From an uncultured Lachnospiraceae bacterium (GTDB lineage: Bacteria > Bacillota > Clostridia > Lachnospirales > Lachnospiraceae), in assembly GCA_949055985.1 (NCBI GenBank), contig CARRLP010000001.1, positions 1 through 22,104 on the forward strand: a DNA stretch of 22,104 nucleotides, in the 5' to 3' direction. Below are positions 8,273-15,934 of this stretch, piece after piece. The notes beneath the pieces were generated by a model that was given only the letters and a program-made list of their open reading frames with translations, did not search any database and was not told where the DNA came from. Positions within the stretch are counted from its first letter, which is position 1. Every line of letters starts with the position of its first letter. Made by a program: the position numbers and the translations under genes.

Positions 8273-8300
8273 TAAAGTTAAATTAAGGATAAGCCGATAA
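8273..8300 (+). promoter_or_regulatory. candidate sigma-28 type promoter for the rightward sugar-biosynthesis operon
   Basis: TAAA (8273-8276), N16, GCCGATAA (8293-8300). The spacer is 1 nt longer than consensus and there is one mismatch in the -10. Confidence 0.35.
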
Positions 8301-8369
8301 AAAGAATAAGAGTTAAATTGCGTTTTCTATCAGCATGGAAGCTGTATTTTATTCAGGGAGGAAGAAGAA

Positions 8370-8483
8370 ATGACGAAAAGGAAAGACATGCAGCGAAAAA
8401 TTGCATGGGGGGGGGAAAATCAGAATCTACTAAAAAGTGGAAAAAAATTCAAACTTTATATGGATTATCTCAAGAGACGTTAG
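8370..8483 (+). CDS. leader small ORF (37 aa) containing a G9 tract, a candidate phase-variable upstream peptide
   Basis: GGGAGG (8355-8360) lies 9 nt before ATG 8370. The SD context ttcagggagga echoes the duplicated flagellin leader. Codons tgg ggg ggg gaa span the G9 at 8407-8415. A +1 G fuses it to the long frame ending at 8605. Confidence 0.3.
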   Translation: MTKRKDMQRKIAWGGENQNLLKSGKKFKLYMDYLKRR

Positions 8484-8719
8484 GGGCAATTTTTTTGTTG
8501 CCTTTTTTTTGGTGTCTGCCGTTTGATCCGGTTATGGCTTGTAAAGGATATAAGTGTGTTGGGATAAGAATGGATAAGAATTGTTGGAAGGACGCCTATG
8601 TTTGAAACAAAGACAGCATGGGAAACGCAGTGAATATACTACAATTCTTTTTTTGCGTTTTATAACATTTTTTGCAACAGAAGATAATATGCCAAAATAG
8701 CTGGGAAGAAGGAATTAAA

Positions 8720-10300
8720 ATGAATTTAGAAGCTGAATTTGAACGGTTAAAAACATGTTCCCGTATTTTGATTTGGGGCGGCGGTTATCATACGAAAGAG
8801 GCGCTAAGGTTTTATAAATCTTTTTTTAGGGAACGGGACATACAGATTGTAGATAAGAATAAGGCAGGCCAAAGCATAGAAGGATATAAAATTATTGCTT
8901 CAGATGAAGCAGATTATTCGATTGATTATGTTGTGATTATGTCGTCAATATACCATGATGAAATTGAATATGCTTTGCGGAACAGACATGGTTATCAAGG
9001 GGCAGTGATAGGTTTATATGCGTTTCGGAGAGTTCTTTTAAAACTGGATTCATATGAAGAATGTATTGGGCATATGGAAGATTTTGTGTCTCATATGGAA
9101 CAAGGCATAGCAAGTTATTCTTACGACTATATATTTCAAGAAAACTATAGCGTATATAAAAAAATAAGGCTATATGCGTTTTGGGCGTCTTCTATTGGTG
9201 AATCAGTCCGGTATTTATCGGCATATTATGAAACTGTTTTTAAGGATAAGGCAGAAGATGAATACTGCCTGTTAATTCCCTATATAAAAGGGAATGATTT
9301 CGCGAATGGGCAATTTATAGAGGTTGTTTCCCGTACAGTTCCTATGGTTACATATTGCAACTGTCATTTTTGGGAGTATGCGGTGAAAAAGTACAGAGAG
9401 CGTTTTGATTTGACGTCTTATAATGAATTTAACGGTATTTTAGTGGATGCATATAATCAATTTGATGAACGGATTATAAACAGGACGTTTTGTGATAAAA
9501 AGTTTCCTTTGATTGCCTATACGCCGGAAGAACGTAAGATGGCGGAATATAAATTAAGGCAAATGGGCGTTTTTGGAGATTTCGTGTGTATATTTGCAAG
9601 AGATAACCACTATTTGCAGCATCAGTATGGACAGGCTTATGGAATTAATGAAATAAGAAATATGGATATCAATTCTTTTAAATCTGCAGTGGATTATTTG
9701 GAGGGACAGGGAGTAAAGGCAGTCCGCATGGGAAAAGTTGTCAACGGGCCGGTCAATCTGCCAAACTGCATAGATTATGCGGCGGATTTCCATAGCGACT
9801 TTATGGATTTATATTTATGCGGTAATTGCAAGTTTTATGCAGGGAGTTTGTCTGGGATTGTTGCGCTTGCCCAGCTTCAAAGCGCGCCTGTGGTTTTGCT
9901 CGGGGTGGTTCAGCTGGGGATTCACAATTCAATACCATATAGGAGCAGAGATATTTACGTCCCAAAGAAAATATATGACAAAAATAAGAAACGTTTTTTA
10001 AATTTTACGGAAATATGGGATGCGGAAATGGCCGCTAAGGACAAAATATCAAAATATTATGGGGAACACGGGCTTGAGTTTATAGAGCTTGGCAAAGAAG
10101 AAATAAAAGAAGCGATAGTGGAGATGAACGATAAATTAGATGGAGTGTATCAGGAAGACGAACAGGAAAAAGAACTTCAAAAGAAATATCATTTGCTGTT
10201 GGAAAACTGGATATTAGAGAATGGATACCAGTATTCTTATTTCTTGCATATTGACATAAGCGGCAGTTTTATTAAAAAGAATACATTTATGCTTGCATAG
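8720..10300 (+). CDS. hypothetical 526-aa protein, first gene of the rightward operon; possibly a sugar-transferase-like protein
   Basis: ATG 8720 is preceded by GGAAGAAGGAA. The ORF-track start 8672 is a TTG. No confident motif. The Rossmann-like N-terminus ILIWGGGYHTKEAL...IQIVDKN is suggestive only. Confidence 0.6.
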   Translation: MNLEAEFERLKTCSRILIWGGGYHTKEALRFYKSFFRERDIQIVDKNKAGQSIEGYKIIASDEADYSIDYVVIMSSIYHDEIEYALRNRHGYQGAVIGLYAFRRVLLKLDSYEECIGHMEDFVSHMEQGIASYSYDYIFQENYSVYKKIRLYAFWASSIGESVRYLSAYYETVFKDKAEDEYCLLIPYIKGNDFANGQFIEVVSRTVPMVTYCNCHFWEYAVKKYRERFDLTSYNEFNGILVDAYNQFDERIINRTFCDKKFPLIAYTPEERKMAEYKLRQMGVFGDFVCIFARDNHYLQHQYGQAYGINEIRNMDINSFKSAVDYLEGQGVKAVRMGKVVNGPVNLPNCIDYAADFHSDFMDLYLCGNCKFYAGSLSGIVALAQLQSAPVVLLGVVQLGIHNSIPYRSRDIYVPKKIYDKNKKRFLNFTEIWDAEMAAKDKISKYYGEHGLEFIELGKEEIKEAIVEMNDKLDGVYQEDEQEKELQKKYHLLLENWILENGYQYSYFLHIDISGSFIKKNTFMLA

Positions 10301-10349
10301 CATTCTGGCGGGAACAAAATTTGATGAATAAACAGGGGGAATTTGAATT

Positions 10350-11411
10350 ATGGCAGATAAAATCCGAATGGATTCGCACAAATTAATTTATCATCCAGAG
10401 AGGGTTGCGGCTTGGAAGCGTGGAGAAAATATATATCCGATTGAATTGGAAATAGGATTAACAAACGCCTGTAATCATAGATGCATTTTTTGCGCAGTGG
10501 ATTATACAGGTTACAAACCGACAATGCTTGAGGCGGATCTTTTAAAATTAAGGATCAGTGAGTTTGCAGAAAAAGGAGTGAAATCTATTATATATGCCGG
10601 AGAAGGGGAACCGCTTTTAAATAAAGACGCGGCAGATATTATTAATTTCACGAAAAAAAGCGGAATAGATGCGGCGTTATCTACAAATGGAGCATTGCTT
10701 ACGCCGGAAGCATCGAGAGACTGTCTGGCTTCTTTGACATGGATTCGTTTTAGTACGGCCGCAATTAGAGAAAAAACGTATGAGAAAATCCATCAATGCC
10801 GGAAAGGAGAGCTTAAAACTGTTTTAAATAATATTCAGGAAGCAGTCCGGACGAAAAAAGATCAAGGGCTCAAAACGACGATTGGCGCGCAATTATTGCT
10901 TCTGCCGGATAATAAAGATGAAGTTGTGGAGATGGCGAAGGAAATGAAAAAAATAGGAGTGGATTATTTTACGGTAAAACCATTTTCGCAGCATCCGTCA
11001 AGCGGCAATATCTTGCAAGTGGATTATCAGGAATTACTGGAATTGGAACGGGAATTAGAAGGAATTGGAACGGAAGAATTTAAAATATATTTCCGGGCGC
11101 ATTCTATGAAGAAATTGGCATGTGAGCGCGGTTATAAGCAATGTCTGGCGCTGCCATTTATGGTATACATTGATGCGAAGGGGAATTTATGGCCCTGTAT
11201 TGTGTTTATGGGGCAGGAACAGTTTAGTTATGGAAATTTATATAATGCATCATTTGAAGAAATATGGGAAGGAGAGCGGAGGAAGAAGCTGATTCAAGAG
11301 TTTTCCCAGATGGATTTAGAGAAAAATTGCAGGGAGTTGTGCAGGCTGGATGAAATGAATAAGTATCTCAATGATTTGAGAAATCCCGGACTTCATGTAA
11401 ATTTTATATAG
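10350..11411 (+). CDS. radical SAM protein (paralog A) with a Cys-rich C-terminal region
   Basis: CNHRCIFC is a CxxxCxxC motif about 40 aa from the N-terminus. Further Cys residues lie in the C-terminal third, possibly for an auxiliary cluster. The protein ends ...HVNFI. It is a clear paralog of the 13218 gene. Confidence 0.75.
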   Translation: MADKIRMDSHKLIYHPERVAAWKRGENIYPIELEIGLTNACNHRCIFCAVDYTGYKPTMLEADLLKLRISEFAEKGVKSIIYAGEGEPLLNKDAADIINFTKKSGIDAALSTNGALLTPEASRDCLASLTWIRFSTAAIREKTYEKIHQCRKGELKTVLNNIQEAVRTKKDQGLKTTIGAQLLLLPDNKDEVVEMAKEMKKIGVDYFTVKPFSQHPSSGNILQVDYQELLELERELEGIGTEEFKIYFRAHSMKKLACERGYKQCLALPFMVYIDAKGNLWPCIVFMGQEQFSYGNLYNASFEEIWEGERRKKLIQEFSQMDLEKNCRELCRLDEMNKYLNDLRNPGLHVNFI

Positions 11412-11461
11412 TATCCGTTTATTCCAATAGGAGAATAAATTTTAAGAGTTAGGAGAGAACG

Positions 11462-12307
11462 ATGGATTTAAAAGAGCGGGCGGCTGAAATAAGAAAAATG
11501 ATTTTTAAAATGGCATACCGGGGAGGGAGCGGGCATTTGGCATCGGCTTTTTCGATTGTGGAAATTTTAACGGTTTTATATTTTGGGGGAATTTTAAATA
11601 TAGATCCGAAAAATCCGGATTGGGCGCAAAGGGATAAATTGATATTAAGCAAGGGACACGCGAGTTTGGCATTATATAGTGTATTGGGTATGAAGGGATT
11701 TTTTCCACAAAAAGAGTTACAGACTTTTTGCAAGCCGGGTTCAGAATTCGGAGGAGAACCCAGAATGGGGCATATAACGGGCGTAGAGGCGACTACAGGC
11801 TCGCTTGGGCATGGGCTTTCATTTGGCGTGGGGATTGCAATGGCGCATAAGATGAATGGGGAAGCGAACAGGACATATGTGATAATTGGAGATGGCGAAT
11901 GCCAAGAAGGAAGCATATGGGAAGCTGTAATAGCGGCGCCGCACCACAAACTAGACAATTTGACAGTGATTTTAGATAATAACAGGCTACAGGCAATGGG
12001 GAAAGTGGAGGATATTCTTGCGTTGCGCCGCCTGCGGGAAAGCTGGGAAAATTTCGGCTGGGGCATCGCAACAGTAGATGGGCACGATATAGAAAAGCTT
12101 TGTAAATGTCTGGATAAGGACAGACAAACGGAGGATGGCAGACCGCATTTAATTTGTGCGGATACAGTGAAAGGAAAAGGCGTTTCCTTTATGGAAAGCG
12201 AGCCCATCTGGCATTATCGGATGCCGAATGAACAGGAATTAGAAATTGTATTGCAAGATTTGGGCATGACAAGAGAGGAGCTGATTCAATGCGAAATGAA
12301 TATTTAG
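11462..12307 (+). CDS. transketolase, N-terminal (TPP-binding) subunit
   Basis: GHITGVEATTGSLGHGLSFGVGIAMA and VIIGDGECQEGSIWEA are the transketolase TPP-binding motifs. The protein is 281 aa. AGGAGA precedes the ATG. Confidence 0.85.
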   Translation: MDLKERAAEIRKMIFKMAYRGGSGHLASAFSIVEILTVLYFGGILNIDPKNPDWAQRDKLILSKGHASLALYSVLGMKGFFPQKELQTFCKPGSEFGGEPRMGHITGVEATTGSLGHGLSFGVGIAMAHKMNGEANRTYVIIGDGECQEGSIWEAVIAAPHHKLDNLTVILDNNRLQAMGKVEDILALRRLRESWENFGWGIATVDGHDIEKLCKCLDKDRQTEDGRPHLICADTVKGKGVSFMESEPIWHYRMPNEQELEIVLQDLGMTREELIQCEMNI

Positions 12308-13212
12308 CGGAACTATATCATCTTGCAAAAAATGATCGGAATGTGCTTTCTTTAGTGTCCGATAATGGCATGATTGTATATGATGAATTTCGGGCGGCTT
12401 TTCCAGAGCAATATTTTAATTTTGGCATTTCAGAATGCCATATGATTGCGGCGGCGGCAGGAATGGCGACATGTGGGAAAATTCCTTTTGCATATACAAT
12501 TAGTTCATTTTTGGCGTACCGGGCATACGAATTTTTAAGGCTGGACGTATGTCTGGAAAATTTGAATGTAAAGATAGTTGGAATAGGCACAGGCGTATCT
12601 TATGGCTATTTAGGCCCTACGCATCATACGACAGAGGATTTGGCTCTTTTGCGATCACTGCCTAATTTGACTATATTTTCTCCGGCAAGCCCAATGGAAG
12701 CGCGCGAGGCGGTACGGGCTGCATATCAAATAAAGGGACCTGTCTATATCCGGCTTGGCAGCAGCGGGGAACCGGAGGTTCATACGGAAAAATTTTCTTT
12801 TGAAATTGGGAAAGGGCAGGTCATATTTGACGGGCATGACATTGCGCTGATAACTTCAGGGGCAATCACGGCTGAAGCGAAAATAGCGGCGGAGCGGCTT
12901 ATGGAAGAAGGAATATCAGTTAAGCTGATTAGTATGCACACGATAAAGCCTTTTGATGAGGATCTTATAGCAAAAACGGCTGAAAAGGTTTCTAAATTAG
13001 CTGTAATAGAAGAACATAATATTATCGGCGGGTTAGGAAGCGCAGTGGCTGAGACATTAGCAGACAGGCAGATTGCAATTCCTTTTTATAGAATTGGGTT
13101 ATATGATCAATTTGCAAAAGGCTATGGAACGGGACAACAGGTACGGATGCAAAATAGGCTGGACAGTGAAGGGATTTATCAACAAATCAGCCAATATGTA
13201 AAGGAAGGATGA
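12289..13212 (+). CDS. transketolase, C-terminal (pyrimidine-binding) subunit
   Basis: FNFGISECHMIAAAAGMATCG is the transketolase Pyr-domain motif. The protein is 307 aa. It overlaps the N-subunit gene by 19 nt. GAGGAG precedes the ATG. Confidence 0.85.
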   Translation: MRNEYLAELYHLAKNDRNVLSLVSDNGMIVYDEFRAAFPEQYFNFGISECHMIAAAAGMATCGKIPFAYTISSFLAYRAYEFLRLDVCLENLNVKIVGIGTGVSYGYLGPTHHTTEDLALLRSLPNLTIFSPASPMEAREAVRAAYQIKGPVYIRLGSSGEPEVHTEKFSFEIGKGQVIFDGHDIALITSGAITAEAKIAAERLMEEGISVKLISMHTIKPFDEDLIAKTAEKVSKLAVIEEHNIIGGLGSAVAETLADRQIAIPFYRIGLYDQFAKGYGTGQQVRMQNRLDSEGIYQQISQYVKEG

Positions 13213-13217
13213 CAAAA

Positions 13218-14327
13218 ATGGAGTCAGAAAAATTAATATTAGACGGCAGTAAAGTATTATGGCACAAAGATAGAATAGAGCAATGGAAAAGGGGGGAGCG
13301 TTTTGCGCCTGTTACGATTGATTGCGCGCTGACTACGAAATGCAGTTACCGCTGTGTGTATTGTTATGGAAAAATGCAGTGCATAAACCAGTCGGATAAT
13401 CTTGACGAAGAAACAATTTTACGCTTTTTAGAGGATGCGGCGGAAATAGGAGTAAAAGCGGTTAGTTTTGTAAGCGATGGAGAAAGCACATGTAACCCAC
13501 ATTTGAAAAAAGCGGTTTTACATGGCAAGAGCCTTGGATTAGATATGGCTCTTGGCACAAATGGCTTTTTGTTAAAAGATGAGGAATTAGAGGAAATTTT
13601 GCCGGCGCTTACTTATCTGCGTTTTAATATATCGGCTGGGGAGAGGGAACGATATGCCGAAATTCATGGCTGCGCCTTAAAATGCTATGATAAAGTAATT
13701 GAAACGATGAAAAAAGCGGTAGATATTAGGGAGAAGAAAGATCTGGCGGTTACAATTGGAATGCAAATGGTTTTAATGCCGGATTTTGCAGATCAGATTC
13801 TTCCGCTTACAAAGTTAGGCAGAGAGATTGGCGTGGATTATCTCGTGATTAAACATTGTAGTGATGATGAGGAAGGCACGCTTGGCGTAAATTACGAAAA
13901 ATATGATGCCGTGATTCCGGTTTTAAAGGAAGCGGAAACTTATTCTACGGATAAGTATCAGGTTTCGGCAAAATGGTCAAAGATTTTAAGCCATGGGAAG
14001 AAAAGTTACTGTAAGTGTTTTGGAGCCCCCTTTATTCTTCAAATGTCGGGTACGGGCCTTGTGGCTCCTTGTGGAATGTTTTTCAATGAGAAATACAGTA
14101 AATACCATATTGGAAATATTAAGGAAAAGAGATTTAAAGAGATATTTGAAAGCGACAGGTATTGGGAAGTTATGAAAATGATAACAGACGAAACTTTTGA
14201 TCCAAACCGCGATTGCGGTACGCTCTGTCTTCAGCATAAAACAAATGAGGCATTGTGGAAGATCTATCAAACAGGGACAATTCCAAAGAGTCCGGAAATT
14301 GAACCGAATCATATTAATTTTATATAA
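13218..14327 (+). CDS. radical SAM protein (paralog B) with a Cys-rich C-terminal region
   Basis: CSYRCVYC is a CxxxCxxC motif. Its N-terminus and C-terminus (...HINFI) align with paralog A. ATG 13218 has AAGGAAGG 9 nt upstream. The track start 13209 abuts that RBS, so 13218 is preferred. Confidence 0.75.
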   Translation: MESEKLILDGSKVLWHKDRIEQWKRGERFAPVTIDCALTTKCSYRCVYCYGKMQCINQSDNLDEETILRFLEDAAEIGVKAVSFVSDGESTCNPHLKKAVLHGKSLGLDMALGTNGFLLKDEELEEILPALTYLRFNISAGERERYAEIHGCALKCYDKVIETMKKAVDIREKKDLAVTIGMQMVLMPDFADQILPLTKLGREIGVDYLVIKHCSDDEEGTLGVNYEKYDAVIPVLKEAETYSTDKYQVSAKWSKILSHGKKSYCKCFGAPFILQMSGTGLVAPCGMFFNEKYSKYHIGNIKEKRFKEIFESDRYWEVMKMITDETFDPNRDCGTLCLQHKTNEALWKIYQTGTIPKSPEIEPNHINFI

Positions 14328-14366
14328 ATTTCAGAAATCTGGAAAAATAAGCATGGAGGCTGAAAA

Positions 14367-15896
14367 ATGGCACTTGTTGTGACAAAAGCGGAATTTAGGA
14401 ATATAAGAAAGGAATTGCGGGCGGAAGGGAAGAAAGTGGTTCTCTGCCATGGCGTATTTGATTTAGTGCATCCCGGCCATATCATTCATTTTGAAGAAGC
14501 AAAAAAGATGGGGGACGTTTTAGTGGCGTCTGTCACGGCGGCAAAATATGTGAGAAAAGGTCCGGATAGGCCGTATTTTGGAGATGAGATGCGTCTGAAA
14601 TTTTTATCTTCGATTGCGTATATTGATTATATTCTTTTGTCAGAGGGCTTTACTGTAGATGATATTATTGAAGCGGCGGAGCCGGACTTGTATGTAAAAG
14701 GCTCGGAGTATCAGGCGCAAGAAGATGACATTACCGGAAAGATTGCCGGAGAAATAGAGCTGGTCCGTAAACATGGAGGGGAAATTGCTTATACAGGCGG
14801 GCAGGTGTTTAGTTCAACGAAACTAATCAACCATGCTTTTCCATCACTTTCTGAGGAAGTGAAACAATTTATGAAATCATTTTCAGATAAGTATAGTTTA
14901 TCTGAAATCAGAGCGCTGGCGGAAAAAATTTCGGGCTTTAAGATAGCGGTAATTGGAGACGTAATTATAGATGAATATATTTATTGCAATGTACAGGGGT
15001 TAATGTCGAAAGACAGGGGATATTCTGCCCGTTATAGATATGTGGAGCAGTATTTAGGCGGTTCGTTAGCCGTGGCGAGGCATATTGCCTCATTTTGTGA
15101 CGACGTCACTCTTTTGAGCGTTGTAGGGAAAGAGGAGGCGGTACATAGCCGGATGTTAGACGAACTTGGCGATAAGATGAGGATAGACGTAACGTTTAGC
15201 GATGTTTTTGAAACCATTATAAAAACACGGTACGTTTCCATGAATGAAAAACGGGAAGAGCTTGATAAAATTTTCGCTGTAAATAACCTTCCTGTATATA
15301 TGCGCATTGATAAACCTGCATTAGATAAGTTTAAAGAAAAAATAAAAGAGAAAATAGAACAGTGTGACGTGGTTATTTTGTGTGATTTTGGGCATGGGCT
15401 GATAGATGAAGAAGTGATGGATTTGATTCAGTCTAAGGCGAAGTTTTTAGCGTTGAACTGCCAGACTAATTCATCGAATTATGGAAAAAATTTAATTACA
15501 AAATATAAACGGGCAGATGTATTTGCGATTGACCAGAAAGAATTGGGGCTGGCATTTGCGAATTACCGTTTAGATGAGCAAGAGCTTCTTCAGAAGTTAG
15601 AAAAACATTTGGACTGCCATGGGTGGCTGACACAGGGATCCCAAGGGGCAGTTTCGATTGAAGATGGAGAAATAAAACATTGTCCGGCATTTGTTTTAAA
15701 AGTGAAAGACACCATTGGAGCAGGGGATGCGTTCTTTTCCATTGCAAGCTTATTTGCGGCAGCAGGCGCTTCCATGGAGATGGGAACATTTATGGGAAAT
15801 ATTGCGGGGGCATTGGCGACAAATATCGTAGGAAACAAAAAAGGCATTGATAAAGTAGATGTACTGAAGTACGCTTCTACTTTACTTAATATATGA
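14367..15896 (+). CDS. bifunctional heptose-phosphate nucleotidyltransferase / sugar kinase (HldE/RfaE-like) with reversed domain order
   Basis: The N-terminal 140 aa carry a cytidylyltransferase-like HxGH motif (GVFDLVHPGHIIHF). The C-terminal 330 aa form a PfkB-family kinase with a DTIGAGDAF anion-hole motif. In E. coli HldE the kinase is N-terminal. Confidence 0.7.
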   Translation: MALVVTKAEFRNIRKELRAEGKKVVLCHGVFDLVHPGHIIHFEEAKKMGDVLVASVTAAKYVRKGPDRPYFGDEMRLKFLSSIAYIDYILLSEGFTVDDIIEAAEPDLYVKGSEYQAQEDDITGKIAGEIELVRKHGGEIAYTGGQVFSSTKLINHAFPSLSEEVKQFMKSFSDKYSLSEIRALAEKISGFKIAVIGDVIIDEYIYCNVQGLMSKDRGYSARYRYVEQYLGGSLAVARHIASFCDDVTLLSVVGKEEAVHSRMLDELGDKMRIDVTFSDVFETIIKTRYVSMNEKREELDKIFAVNNLPVYMRIDKPALDKFKEKIKEKIEQCDVVILCDFGHGLIDEEVMDLIQSKAKFLALNCQTNSSNYGKNLITKYKRADVFAIDQKELGLAFANYRLDEQELLQKLEKHLDCHGWLTQGSQGAVSIEDGEIKHCPAFVLKVKDTIGAGDAFFSIASLFAAAGASMEMGTFMGNIAGALATNIVGNKKGIDKVDVLKYASTLLNI

Positions 15897-15934
15897 TGAT
15901 TCTAAAGATATATTTATAAAATGGAGGGTAAGAA

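Noticed and set aside
8318-8605. 95-aa ORF from the six-frame track spanning the intergenic leader
   Set aside because: No SD precedes its first ATG and it lies in an AT-rich divergent promoter region. Its frame matters only as the +1 continuation of the G9-containing sORF, so it is not called as a gene.
11449-12207. 252-aa ORF antisense to the transketolase N-subunit gene
   Set aside because: The sense strand carries unmistakable transketolase TPP motifs. The antisense translation is low-complexity (Ser/Pro/Cys-rich) and has no RBS.
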